Assembly: GCA_019894975.1 (NCBI GenBank) | Contig: JAGXNO010000012.1 | Coordinates: 1-64,000 of the forward strand | Direction: 5' to 3' | Origin: Promethearchaeota archaeon | GTDB lineage: Archaea; Asgardarchaeota; Lokiarchaeia; Sigyniarchaeales; SOKP01 | Length of the DNA stretch: 64,000 nt | Part shown: positions 39,897 to 50,643 of the stretch, in pieces | Position numbering within the stretch: position 1 is the stretch's first letter | How the letters are laid out: the number at the start of each line of letters is the position of its first letter | The notes under the pieces: generated by a model | Database searches by the model: none | What the model saw: the letters and a program-made list of their open reading frames with translations, nothing else | What the model was told of the DNA's origin: nothing | Position numbers and translations under genes: made by a program

Positions 39897-40286
39897 TTAT
39901 TTTACCTCCACAAATCCTTCTGCCCCATTAACAACTAATTTTTGCCCAGTTTTTATATTACTGATGTCAATTTTATCTACACAAGGAATTTCACTAATAA
40001 TACAACCAACAGCTATGATAGTATCAATCTGCTCGTTTACGATTGCAACCGGAGCTGTGTTATTTTTCTTCATTCTATACATAGTATATGAACCCACTGT
40101 TGATCCTTTTCCTGATGGAAAGACTAATACTTTTCCTGTTATAGATTGACCTTCAAGTTCGTGACCTACCTCAACCACTTTACCAGTATCTGGATCAACA
40201 CCACCATAAAAGGAAATTCCATCTTTTGTTACAATTGCTTCTGCTTCGACTGTTCCTTTATAAATTTTTCTTCCTGATAATTTCAT
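39897..40286 (-). CDS. Phosphomevalonate dehydratase small subunit (AcnX swivel domain, DUF126)
   Basis: ISFYGGVDP..G and KGSTVGSY; overlaps the large subunit. Confidence 0.92.
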   Translation of the reverse strand: MKLSGRKIYKGTVEAEAIVTKDGISFYGGVDPDTGKVVEVGHELEGQSITGKVLVFPSGKGSTVGSYTMYRMKKNNTAPVAIVNEQIDTIIAVGCIISEIPCVDKIDISNIKTGQKLVVNGAEGFVEVK

Positions 40287-41476
40287 TTGGTGGCCTCCTC
40301 AATACATTGTTCAATTGATCCAATTTTTACTTTAAACTTGTTTTTTGCACGACCATAATAGCATGCTTTTGCTGAATCCACCATAATCCCCTTGAAACGG
40401 CCTTTTATAGGAGCGACAACGCAACACGTATCTGCTGCAAATTTGGCTCCTGCATTTTCTATAATTTTAGAGTATCCCGCTTCATCCGCAATTCTTTTTG
40501 TGGGTCGTGCTGTTGTAATCCAGAATTCTTTCATTACTCTCTTTCCTTTCAATAGATGAGCTATGTTTGCAATTTCATGAATTGATGCATGAGGACAACC
40601 AATACTAACAAAATCGATTTCAAGATCCTCATCAATCAGTTCAGAGCGAGTTTTATTCAGATCATCCTGGGTGATTCTAAATGAAATCTTATCTGGTCTA
40701 GGATATTTATCATACTCAGGAGTTATCGTTTCCATGTGAAACAAAGCAGTTCCTCCATATGTTGCAACGGAAGCACAAAACGATTTTAGTTCCTCAACGG
40801 TTGCACTTGAAATACCGGTTATGAAGGGGATTTTCTTACCCAATTCAACTAATTTATCCCCAATTATTTTTCCTAAAACACCAAATTGATCTGTTCCTAT
40901 AATTTGAGCGTTTACTTCAATTAATACTTCACTGTGACGGTTTTCTTCTAAATGATATCCATATCTTGGCGTTTTTCCAGTTATTGCTGCTGCTAAAGCA
41001 CTAGGACCTCCTTCACGATTTGTTCGAGCACCAATAACTGAATTAGCATAACAAACAGCACTACTTTCTGCCCAAGCAAGATGTTGACCAAAATGTGGGG
41101 TATTTCCAATTAAATAGGGGGTACAAGAACATGTAGTTATTATCCCCATCTTAGCAAAAGCATCTATTGCCCGATTTTGGTTTTTTGCGAATTCTTTATC
41201 AATTCCTAATACTTCCCAATTCTCTCGATCCATTCCAGCAGGATTAAGGGTAGTTAAAACCCTGACCTTTCCATCTTCTGCCATTTCGCTTAAGAACTCT
41301 AATCCCGCTTCCCCAAGATTAGCATATGAAACTCCCGCTATTTGAACACTGATAACATCAACCATATTTTCAGCTTCAAATATCTCACCTAATGCAGTTA
41401 AAATCTCCATTGATTTTTTAGCTGCTTTCCCAAATTTACCTTCGAGCATACCTCGTTCTTCAGGGGTTAAATCCAT
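40283..41476 (-). CDS. Phosphomevalonate dehydratase large subunit (aconitase X, DUF521)
   Basis: CTPY, AWAESSA, GARTNREGGP, IGCPH and DTC. Confidence 0.93.
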   Translation of the reverse strand: MDLTPEERGMLEGKFGKAAKKSMEILTALGEIFEAENMVDVISVQIAGVSYANLGEAGLEFLSEMAEDGKVRVLTTLNPAGMDRENWEVLGIDKEFAKNQNRAIDAFAKMGIITTCSCTPYLIGNTPHFGQHLAWAESSAVCYANSVIGARTNREGGPSALAAAITGKTPRYGYHLEENRHSEVLIEVNAQIIGTDQFGVLGKIIGDKLVELGKKIPFITGISSATVEELKSFCASVATYGGTALFHMETITPEYDKYPRPDKISFRITQDDLNKTRSELIDEDLEIDFVSIGCPHASIHEIANIAHLLKGKRVMKEFWITTARPTKRIADEAGYSKIIENAGAKFAADTCCVVAPIKGRFKGIMVDSAKACYYGRAKNKFKVKIGSIEQCIEEATK

Positions 41477-41494
41477 TATTTTTCACTCCGAGTT

Positions 41495-42796
41495 TTAAAA
41501 ATATTTGTTTACATCAACTTTAGGAAAGTCTGCTAAATCAAAACTCTTCCCTTTAACTACAAGTGGTTTAGTAAAGTCAAAACCCATTTTAGTGGTCATT
41601 TTCGTTCCGGGTTCCGCACTTGGATCTAGACTGCTTCCTGGTTCTTTTTCTTTTATAATCATACGGGAATCGCCTTGAAATCGAGTTGCCATAGCCCATT
41701 CTACAGACAAAGGATCATAAATATCAATATCTTTATCCACAATAAACACATGTTTACAGCTAGTGTGTCCTGTAAATGCCCCTTCAATTGCTTTTTTTCC
41801 ATCTTCTTCTGATTGCTTATCAATCTGAACTATAGCATGCAACCAAGAACACCCACCAGGATTAACGTTTACATCCAAGCACTTCACACCAGTTTCATTT
41901 ACTTCTTTAAAGATAGTGGGTTCCCGAGGCATACCCATTAATAATTTGTGTTCAAGAGCTCCTGGTAATAATGCTTGCCAGATTGCATCCTTCCGATGAG
42001 TTATTTTTTTTACTTCAAAAATAGGTTCTTCCCTAATGGCATCATAAGTCTCTGTTAAATCGACAAAGGGTCCTTCAAAGTGCCGTTGTTCTAAATAAAC
42101 TCGACCTTCCAAAATAAATTCTGCCTCTGCAGGTATTAAAAGATCAACTGATTTTGCTTTTACTACCTTAATAGGTTCCAAAGCATTGGCAATATGCAAT
42201 TCATCAACTCCAATATCTACTGAAGTTGCTCCAGCAATTAAGATATTAGGAGTATTTCCTATACAAAAGGCTACATCTAATTCTCCATTTTTTTCTAAAA
42301 ATTTAGAAAAATGACGACCCTTCACTATTCGAGTAGCAAAACTATCTTTTGAAAACTGCATTGCTCGATGGAAATCTAAGTTTTGCCCATAATCAGGATC
42401 TCTCGTCACACAAACCGCGGAACTAATGTAATTTCCACCATCATTTTCGCAATGAAATAATATAGGAATTTTGTCTAAATCAACATTAGATTCAACAATT
42501 TCCTGACAAGGGGCTTTAGTTACAATTTCTGGAGCCGTACGCTTCTCAATTGCTTCTGAAAGCATTGGTATGAGATCAGCGGTTGTTACACCGAAATATG
42601 AAGCAACAACATTCTTTGTACAGAACACATTACCAGCCACCCGAAATTCTGATTCTTTTATATTGTTAAATATTACAGGAGTTGGCTCAACCTCCTTTAA
42701 AATCCCAGAAATTTCTAGCTTTCGGGATACTTCTACATCTACTTTTCGAAGTATTCCTTTATTATCAATTTTTTCTAAATATTCTCTAAATCCCAT
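41495..42796 (-). CDS. UbiD-family decarboxylase (probable anhydromevalonate phosphate decarboxylase)
   Basis: EGPF, VDKDID...WAMATR and SLDPS; neighbours acnX and ubiX. Confidence 0.9.
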   Translation of the reverse strand: MGFREYLEKIDNKGILRKVDVEVSRKLEISGILKEVEPTPVIFNNIKESEFRVAGNVFCTKNVVASYFGVTTADLIPMLSEAIEKRTAPEIVTKAPCQEIVESNVDLDKIPILFHCENDGGNYISSAVCVTRDPDYGQNLDFHRAMQFSKDSFATRIVKGRHFSKFLEKNGELDVAFCIGNTPNILIAGATSVDIGVDELHIANALEPIKVVKAKSVDLLIPAEAEFILEGRVYLEQRHFEGPFVDLTETYDAIREEPIFEVKKITHRKDAIWQALLPGALEHKLLMGMPREPTIFKEVNETGVKCLDVNVNPGGCSWLHAIVQIDKQSEEDGKKAIEGAFTGHTSCKHVFIVDKDIDIYDPLSVEWAMATRFQGDSRMIIKEKEPGSSLDPSAEPGTKMTTKMGFDFTKPLVVKGKSFDLADFPKVDVNKYF

Positions 42797-42885
42797 AATG
42801 ATATCCTTCCATACTTGTTTATTTTGATAATTTAAATAATATAGTGGTCTTTTTTAGAGGAGTTAAAGAACCACTTTTTATAAAA

Positions 42886-44166
42886 CTAAAGGTTTTCACC
42901 TTCACTTAATTTTTTCAGGATTTCTTTTGCAATATCAACCCTTATTTTATTCTCCTCAATCATTTTCTTTGCTACTTTTTCTACCAAATTTTCAGGCACA
43001 CCAGCGATTTTCGCTATATTCCGAGAATGAAGTGCCATATGACCTTTTTGGATACCTTCTGAGGCCAATGCTCTTAATGCTGCAACATTTTGGGCTAACC
43101 CAAGCGCCGCACATACTTGTGAAAGCTCATTTGCGCTTTCTACATTCAAAATTTTTAACGCTATACGCGCCATAGGATGAATTTTTGTCATTCCCCCTAT
43201 AATTCCGAGAGCAAGAGGAACCTCAATTTCTCCAACTAAATTTCCCTTTGAATCCAATGCAAATTTTGTCAATGGGGAATACTGTCCACTTAAAGAAGCA
43301 TAAGCGTGAGCACCTGATTCGATAGCTCTTGTATCATTACCAGTTGCCATTGTTAATGCAACGATTCCATTCATTATACCTTTATTATGTGTGGTAGCAC
43401 GATAAGGATCAGCTGCAGCAAATTCATACGCATTCAATATTCCTTCCACTACTTCGGAACCGCCTAGTAGTTCCTTATCAAATGTTGCTTTACTCTTAGC
43501 AATGCGATGTGTTGCTAGATTCGATAAAATCCGCAAATAAATTTTTCCTTTAGTGAGTTCTTCAATAAAAGGACTAATGGCTTCTGCCATAGTATTAACT
43601 ACATTAGCCCCCATAGCATCCAGAACATTTACTAACAAATGAATAATTAACATCTTACCCTTTCCTGTTTTTAAATCTCGGAGCTCCAAATCAAGGGCAC
43701 CACCACCCAATTTATTTAATAGTGGATCTTGTTCATTTGCGATTTTTAAAATTTGATCTTTATTATCGGAGATTAATTTTTTTGCGGATTCAATATCATG
43801 TATTTGGGTTATTTGAATCTGTGAAATCATAACTGATGGAACATTCTCCGAGTGAAATCCTCCATGCTTTCGAGCCATTCTGGCAGCATTAGATGCCGCT
43901 GCAACAACAGATGGTTCCTCAATAACCATGGGGATGATGTAGTCTTTATTATTGATTTTAAAATTAAAAGCTAAACCCATCGGTAATTGAAAACTTCCAA
44001 CAACATTTTCAATTAGAGTGTCAATCTGACTTGGTTTAAAATAGCCTAATGTGTTTAAAATTTCTATTTCATCTTGATTTAAATTAACAAGCTCAGATAA
44101 CAATTTTCGACGTTCATCCATTGATAATTTGTAAAAACCGGATATATCTGAACGAAATTCTTTCAT
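42886..44166 (-). CDS. mvaA: HMG-CoA reductase, class II
   Basis: ISGFYKL, ENVVG, EEPSVVAA, DAMGAN, THNKGIMNG and GIQKGHM.LH. Confidence 0.93.
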   Translation of the reverse strand: MKEFRSDISGFYKLSMDERRKLLSELVNLNQDEIEILNTLGYFKPSQIDTLIENVVGSFQLPMGLAFNFKINNKDYIIPMVIEEPSVVAAASNAARMARKHGGFHSENVPSVMISQIQITQIHDIESAKKLISDNKDQILKIANEQDPLLNKLGGGALDLELRDLKTGKGKMLIIHLLVNVLDAMGANVVNTMAEAISPFIEELTKGKIYLRILSNLATHRIAKSKATFDKELLGGSEVVEGILNAYEFAAADPYRATTHNKGIMNGIVALTMATGNDTRAIESGAHAYASLSGQYSPLTKFALDSKGNLVGEIEVPLALGIIGGMTKIHPMARIALKILNVESANELSQVCAALGLAQNVAALRALASEGIQKGHMALHSRNIAKIAGVPENLVEKVAKKMIEENKIRVDIAKEILKKLSEGENL

Positions 44167-44314
44167 TATCTTTTCACAATTTTAAATATTAATAAGTTTT
44201 TCTAAATCACTGTCAAATTTGGTGATTTCTTTAAAATTGAAGGTTTGTAGTGCGAAGGATTAAAGATATTCTATATTTCATTGGAAGTATTCAAAAATAA
44301 TATTAGGGATAAAA

Positions 44315-45949
44315 TTAATAAACATGGTGTTCGGGAACTCCAATATAAATAGGAGCCCAATTAAGTAATCCTTTAGCATTCACATTTTGTTCATTCTCTG
44401 TTTCTACTCTCCTTATCTCATATTCTAGAGAATTACCTTTACTTACATTACCTGCTACTCTTACCAAGCCTTTGCTTAGATACTTTAAATCGTCAGATGG
44501 TTTTGGAGCAATTGGCTCGGTAGTTAACTTTGCAAATAGGGGAAAAAATCGTTTATGAAATCCAGAATGTCCCTTAGGACAGTTGTCTAATCCACTTATA
44601 TTTGGAATTATACACCCTTCATCACAAAAATGAAGCGTAAAACCTCTTTTGTTATTTAATTCATGTTCAGCAATTTTCCCTACTAATATTATTGGATTCA
44701 AATCACCATTTTTACTTAGCTCATATTCTAGAACGCTTTTCTTATTCTTTAAGTGAATGAAATCATTAATCCATGGTTTTAATTTGATAGCCTCTTCAAA
44801 CCCTTCCTGAATTTTTAGCAATCCTGAAATACAAGTAGCTCCCGAACCATAAGACCCAAAGTAAATTGTGTCGTTAGCATGAGCATGATTTTCAATTAGG
44901 TATATGATCTGTGCCCACAATGCAGCATTGTACATGTTTCCAAAATGCATAGGCACTCGCAATTGAGGGAGTACTCTCGCTTTTATATTGGTATTCACCC
45001 AATTTGAGATTCTTTCTAAAGATGATGATGAAAAACCTCTTTCATTAAGTTTTAGATAAAGATATTCTGGTAAAACTGTAACATCGTGTAGGAAGGCATC
45101 AATTTTCTTCAGGATTGATGATCTAACATTATGTCGTTCAAATTTGGGTAAATCGGTAATATGTTTGATCCAGCGTTTTAAAATGATCTGTTGCATAATT
45201 TTTAATGGTAATTTGGAGAATGGAGCATGAAATGTATAAAAATCTGCATGAAAATCTCCAATACTGCTAACTAAATCGTCATACGCTTTCATTTGAAAGT
45301 CAATATAAGTGCTTTGAGAATAACTTCCAAAAGCTCTCGCATTTTTTTCATTCGCAGGCCTAAAAAAGTCATTTACGTTCCCGGAAATTTTACCGAATTT
45401 ATGACTAAAGGCAGCTATTCTAGGGTTTTTTGAGATAACAAGCCCAATCGCGCCTGAACCTTGTGTAGGTTCACCAGGGGAGCCTAGATGATACCGAGAT
45501 ATGTCGCTACTGATTACAAGGGCTTTGTTTACCATCCCTTTTTCAATCATTGCGATTGCATTAAGAATTGCTAGCGTACCACCTGCACAGGCGTTGTACG
45601 TATCCATAGTTAAGCTATTGGGCGATATCCCCAGCATTTCGCCAAATATATTTGATATACTCTTAGCAGCATATACTTCAGTTTCTGTTCCTACGAATAA
45701 AGCATCGATGCTCTTAGGGGCGATGCCCCCTCTTTGTAAAGCATTATATCCTGCCTTGAGTCCCAAAGATATTATATCTTCGTCAGAATCAACGACACGC
45801 ATTTCTTTAGATAAAAGGCCTTTTGAATACTTTGCCGGATCTACGCCCCTTGTTATTGCAAGATCCTCGAGCTTTACGAAATTCCGTGGAGCGTGGAATC
45901 CTAGACTGTCAATTCCAATTTTTGAAAACAGATGATCATCAGAAATCAT
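44315..45949 (-). CDS. HMG-CoA synthase with internal insertion and DUF35-like C-terminal extension
   Basis: VGTET, NACAGG (catalytic Cys), EPTQGSGA, FHAPF, GNMY and SYGSG; about 125 extra C-terminal residues with C..C / CP.GH. Confidence 0.88.
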   Translation of the reverse strand: MISDDHLFSKIGIDSLGFHAPRNFVKLEDLAITRGVDPAKYSKGLLSKEMRVVDSDEDIISLGLKAGYNALQRGGIAPKSIDALFVGTETEVYAAKSISNIFGEMLGISPNSLTMDTYNACAGGTLAILNAIAMIEKGMVNKALVISSDISRYHLGSPGEPTQGSGAIGLVISKNPRIAAFSHKFGKISGNVNDFFRPANEKNARAFGSYSQSTYIDFQMKAYDDLVSSIGDFHADFYTFHAPFSKLPLKIMQQIILKRWIKHITDLPKFERHNVRSSILKKIDAFLHDVTVLPEYLYLKLNERGFSSSSLERISNWVNTNIKARVLPQLRVPMHFGNMYNAALWAQIIYLIENHAHANDTIYFGSYGSGATCISGLLKIQEGFEEAIKLKPWINDFIHLKNKKSVLEYELSKNGDLNPIILVGKIAEHELNNKRGFTLHFCDEGCIIPNISGLDNCPKGHSGFHKRFFPLFAKLTTEPIAPKPSDDLKYLSKGLVRVAGNVSKGNSLEYEIRRVETENEQNVNAKGLLNWAPIYIGVPEHHVY

Positions 45950-46321
45950 AGTTTATATCTTGTCTAAATTTTGACTGAAAAATAAAAAGTTAAGCTGTTA
46001 TAGCTGTTATTTAATCTTTGATCAGTTAAATCCTTATTTATTTATTTAATTAAATGTTTTAGTTAAAATGGCTATTTAAACATTGACCATTGAAACATAT
46101 TTTCAACAATTCAAACTCTTAATAGTGTTAAAACTAGATAAATGAGATAATATTTCAGATAATTTAAGTCATTTTTGTTAAATAAGATTAAATATCTGTT
46201 ATTTAATTGTTTTAAGTTGTGGAGATAAGATATTAGGGTCTATTTAGGGGGTGAACATTTAAATAGGTCACTATCTCTTGTGATTACAATAAGATAAAAA
46301 TTTAGGAGTTTAGTAAACCTT

Positions 46322-47809
46322 ATGAAGATATATTTAAAGAGGTTAATTTTGGCTTCTTTCCTCATTTCAGTGATATTAACTATCTCACCGAGTATCACAG
46401 CCTATTCCTGTAAGAGTACAACCGTCTGTGATGAGATTGGTTTTCAATATGAGCATACTCAATGCGGTGACGGTGAAGGGGGTATATTTATTGTATGGTC
46501 AGATGGTAGAAACGGGATAGATCTTGACATATACGCCCAGAGGATCGATGTGAATGGAGATATAATGTGGGAAGCTAATAACACTGCTATTTGTACAGAG
46601 TCAGGAAATCAAGGAACCCCAAAAATTTGTAGTGCTGGAGTAGGTGGTGCGATAATTGTATGGTCAGATGGTCGAAGTGGAGGTGCTGGTGCGGGTATTT
46701 ATGCCCAGAGAATCAAAGCAAATGGGAGCACTTTATGGAATGCGAACGGTTCCTTCGTATCTACAGGGGGTTTACGTCAGCTCTTCAGTGACAACAACGG
46801 TGGTGCAGTATTTACTTTGGGTAAATCGATAGATACAGATTATTATGCTCAACGTGTCTCTTCTAATGGAACGGCTCTATGGGGTAGCGCGGGAGCGGTT
46901 ATATGTAATGCGACTGATTCACAAGAAGACTTACAATTTTTTTGCGACGAGGAGGGAAATAGTTACTTTACATGGCATGATTATAGAGAAGGAGAGATTG
47001 CACCAATGATTAAGGAATCAGATATTTATGCACAGAAAATTGATATTAACGGAAATGTACTATGGCAATTTAACGGTACAGCGGTCTGCACTCTTAACGG
47101 TTCTCAGTGGTATCCCCAAATTTGTACTGATGGAATGGGTGGAGCCATTATTAATTGGATTGATTTGTCGAGGGGACAATGCTTTTTTCAGCGATTGAAT
47201 TCAACTAGAGAAAGTCAATGGGAACCTAATGGAACAGCATTACTTAGTTCAGTGAATTTTCTTATGGTTAATCGCATGATTAGTGATGGAGGAGGAGGAG
47301 CAATAATTATCATAGGCGGAACTGGATCCGGTCTTTATGCTCTAAGGATTAATTCAAGTGCAGGTTTAATTTATTTTAATGAGTTTTACACCAACGAAAA
47401 TGGAGGAATATTACGTCATGCCCAAATATGTAGTGATGGAGAAGGGGGATATTTTATTGCATGGGAGGAACCAGGACTCCCCCAAAAAAAAAATGTCGTG
47501 GCTCAGAGAATAAACGGAAACGGAATAAATATATGGTCTCTCAACGGTAAAGTTGTATGTGACTCTTTAGGTGATCAGGTTAGAATATCTATTACCAACA
47601 ATGGTGTAGGTAAAGCAATTATTTCATGGGAAACTTGGCTTCCTGACAGCGTTATCCCGACCGACAAAAACATCTACTATACAATACTGAAGTCAGGTAA
47701 TGAAACATCCATTCCATTCGGAAATACATACTTATTGTTTGCAGTTCTTTCTATACTGACCTTAGTTTTTATTGTAAAACGTTATCCCCATCAAAATCCT
47801 AAAACTTGA
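46322..47809 (+). CDS. Secreted repeat (probable beta-propeller) surface protein with Loki-CTERM-like tail
   Basis: Signal peptide; repeated ICxDGxGGAIIxW..R...IYAQRI...G...W units; C-terminal IPFGNTYLLF, TM helix, then KR. Confidence 0.8.
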   Translation: MKIYLKRLILASFLISVILTISPSITAYSCKSTTVCDEIGFQYEHTQCGDGEGGIFIVWSDGRNGIDLDIYAQRIDVNGDIMWEANNTAICTESGNQGTPKICSAGVGGAIIVWSDGRSGGAGAGIYAQRIKANGSTLWNANGSFVSTGGLRQLFSDNNGGAVFTLGKSIDTDYYAQRVSSNGTALWGSAGAVICNATDSQEDLQFFCDEEGNSYFTWHDYREGEIAPMIKESDIYAQKIDINGNVLWQFNGTAVCTLNGSQWYPQICTDGMGGAIINWIDLSRGQCFFQRLNSTRESQWEPNGTALLSSVNFLMVNRMISDGGGGAIIIIGGTGSGLYALRINSSAGLIYFNEFYTNENGGILRHAQICSDGEGGYFIAWEEPGLPQKKNVVAQRINGNGINIWSLNGKVVCDSLGDQVRISITNNGVGKAIISWETWLPDSVIPTDKNIYYTILKSGNETSIPFGNTYLLFAVLSILTLVFIVKRYPHQNPKT

Positions 47810-47933
47810 ACTATTTTTTTCTTCATTTATTATTAAAAATAAATAATTAGAAACGTTATCGCTAATATCGAAAAATTTAATATTTTTGTATTAGATATAA
47901 ACTTGAAATTAAACCACAATTAAATCTAGATAG

Positions 47934-48677
47934 ATGACATTTACTTTAGAAGAATTGAAAAAAGCAAATCAGGATAAGTTACCACGACATATTGGGCTTA
48001 TTGTTGATGGTAATAGAAGATGGGCAAAAAAAAGAAATCTTGATATTAATTTCGGTCATTTAGTCGGGTACGAAAACCTTAAAAAAAGACTTTTTGATTT
48101 TTTTGACGCAGGAATTCATTATTTAAGTTTGTATTTATTATCTCTTGAAAATGTAAAAAGACGAAGCTCTGAAGAACTTAATTATATTTATCAGATAATG
48201 ATCAAGGCTGTGGATACGGTGGTAAATGAATCGATAGTTAAGGAAGAGAAAGTAAGGTTCAATATTGTGGGTAAATTATCAATGTTACCCTCAGATGTAA
48301 GAGAAAAACTCGAAGAATTAATTGAATTTACTAAATCCCATGATCAAAATTTTATCAATCTGTGTATTATGTATGATGGACATGAAGAAATAGTGGATGC
48401 GATAAAAAGCATTATTAAAGATCAAATTAATCCGGAGGAGATCAATAAGAAACTTATCAAGGGTTATTTATATGAAGGACGAGAAAATTTTCCGGATTTA
48501 GATTTTATAATAAGGACAGGAATGGAAGATGGAGCAAGAATTTCAGGATTTTTATTATGGGATTCCTCCTATGCGGAATTTAAATTTAGGAACGAATTAT
48601 GGCCTGATTATAATAAAGAAATGGTACTTGAAGACATAATTGACTATACAAAAAGAAGTAGACGTATGGGAAGCTGA
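47934..48677 (+). CDS. uppS: cis-prenyltransferase (polyprenyl diphosphate synthase)
   Basis: PRHIGLIVDGNRRWA, SLENVKR, IRTG...RISGFLLW and RRMG. Confidence 0.95.
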   Translation: MTFTLEELKKANQDKLPRHIGLIVDGNRRWAKKRNLDINFGHLVGYENLKKRLFDFFDAGIHYLSLYLLSLENVKRRSSEELNYIYQIMIKAVDTVVNESIVKEEKVRFNIVGKLSMLPSDVREKLEELIEFTKSHDQNFINLCIMYDGHEEIVDAIKSIIKDQINPEEINKKLIKGYLYEGRENFPDLDFIIRTGMEDGARISGFLLWDSSYAEFKFRNELWPDYNKEMVLEDIIDYTKRSRRMGS

Positions 48678-48789
48678 CTTTTTAAAAACTAATTTTTCTC
48701 TCTAATCACTTGATTTGACATTAAACCTAAAAATAAATATCAGAACAACCATTCATTATTAAAAGAGAGATTAAATTGTAATTTTTATT

Positions 48790-50562
48790 ATGTCAAATTC
48801 CTCTAACATTATTTCCTTAAACATAACAAAATTTCCACAGAATATTCTGATTCCTGATATGGATAATGATGTTTCCATTCAAGCAACAAATAATTCAAAT
48901 AAGAACGAGAATTTTAGATTTGTTTTTGAAGGGGAAAATCTAGATGTTTACTATAAATCAGAACCGTTAAACGATCAGGTTGAATTTGCAGCAAATGAAA
49001 CCAAAAGTATCGATTTAAAGCTAAACCCAACCGTTAGCGGTTCTGGAAAATTGATAATTAATGGCTTTTGGTTAAAAATCGTAGAATATACAGTTAAAGT
49101 ACAAAAAGTTAGAGAAACTGTTCCAAAAAATAAGTTAAACAAAAAGTTAGAAAATTATAAATTCAAAGGTACAGAGAAAATAGACTCAATAGATCCAAAA
49201 GAGTATCTCCTTGGAATGACATTAAAGGAGATACAAACCGCAGAAGAACAATTAGAGACAATGAAAAAAAATTATAACTTAACATTATCATCAAACTCAA
49301 CAAACTCAGAAGCATTTACGAGGGTTACAATTGAAGTTATTGAAAAAACTATAAAACAATTAGCTAAAGGATATCTCTCAAATAATAATATTCAGAATGC
49401 GTTAGGAATAGCATTAGAATTATCAGATCCAAACGACCGGATTAATTTCTATGTAAATTTAATAAGAGCATATGCGTTTGAAAATATGAATGACGCAGTT
49501 CAAATAATTAGAAGTTTGAATGATGTAAATCTGCAGCAAAGCCTATTGAAATCCTTGATTTTTGATCAAGCATCTCATAATCCAATTCCAGCCCTTACAT
49601 TGATCACCGGTATTATTGATTCATCCACAAAAATTATTTTGTTATTTAATATAGCCAAACAATTAAATAATGATAATAATTCATCTGAATTGTCAAAAAT
49701 TTTAAGAAAAACAATTGAAACTGTTCTCAAATCTATAGGACTCAATAATGAAGATAAGAAAGACCAAAAGTTTTTCTATGAATCGCTTAAAGATGCTATA
49801 AATGGAATTGCTGAAATTGAAAATCCTGTTGCAGCGAATAACATAATTGAAGGGATTGATAACCAAACACTCAAAGAGAGCATAACAAAAGATTTATTTG
49901 ATATGGTTTATGAGCTTGTGGATGAAATAAGAACAAAAATAGAATCTGAATTAGTCTTTTCTCAATTCTTTTTACTCAATACCTATATTTCGAACATTAC
50001 CAATGAAATTAAAAGTTTTAGCAATATTGGTGGAAATGTAAGTAGTAATATTCTCTCAGGTGATTTCAATTTTAATCTTATTTTTCTTTCATTATTTAGG
50101 TTTGATTTTAGTATTTTCCCATTTATCGATCGTGTATCTAGTGACCTAAAATTTAACATGAAGAAATCCATTGGATATTATATTTTCCCTTCTGTTGATA
50201 ATTTCCAGAACAATGAATTAAATGTTCTCCAGAAGACATTACAACAGTTTTTTAATAATTTTGCGAACGTACCTAACCAATTACTCATATTTAACCTTGA
50301 TTTTATTCCATATTTAGGAAAACCAACCGTAATTTTATCTTCTGAATCACAGCTAAGTAATACAATAAAATCTAAAATAGAAAAGCTTGGAGACAGTGTT
50401 AATCTAATTATTGATGATTCGATGTTTAAAGGTGGTGAAATTTACGATAATTTAAGAAAAATTATCCCCTCAAATAAAGGAGAGATTTTTAACCTTATTT
50501 TATCCTACGAATTCATAAATGACTATAATGTGTTTAAAGCATTTATTCAATCACTATTCTAA
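48790..50562 (+). CDS. Hypothetical protein (beta-rich N-domain, helical middle, alpha/beta C-domain)
   Basis: Long ORF (590 aa) with no recognisable motif. Confidence 0.75.
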   Translation: MSNSSNIISLNITKFPQNILIPDMDNDVSIQATNNSNKNENFRFVFEGENLDVYYKSEPLNDQVEFAANETKSIDLKLNPTVSGSGKLIINGFWLKIVEYTVKVQKVRETVPKNKLNKKLENYKFKGTEKIDSIDPKEYLLGMTLKEIQTAEEQLETMKKNYNLTLSSNSTNSEAFTRVTIEVIEKTIKQLAKGYLSNNNIQNALGIALELSDPNDRINFYVNLIRAYAFENMNDAVQIIRSLNDVNLQQSLLKSLIFDQASHNPIPALTLITGIIDSSTKIILLFNIAKQLNNDNNSSELSKILRKTIETVLKSIGLNNEDKKDQKFFYESLKDAINGIAEIENPVAANNIIEGIDNQTLKESITKDLFDMVYELVDEIRTKIESELVFSQFFLLNTYISNITNEIKSFSNIGGNVSSNILSGDFNFNLIFLSLFRFDFSIFPFIDRVSSDLKFNMKKSIGYYIFPSVDNFQNNELNVLQKTLQQFFNNFANVPNQLLIFNLDFIPYLGKPTVILSSESQLSNTIKSKIEKLGDSVNLIIDDSMFKGGEIYDNLRKIIPSNKGEIFNLILSYEFINDYNVFKAFIQSLF

Positions 50563-50643
50563 AAAAAGGTAAGTTACAAAGATTATTTAATGAAATATTT
50601 TATGTAATGAGTATAAAAGTAGAAAAACACAGGTTAAGCCCCT

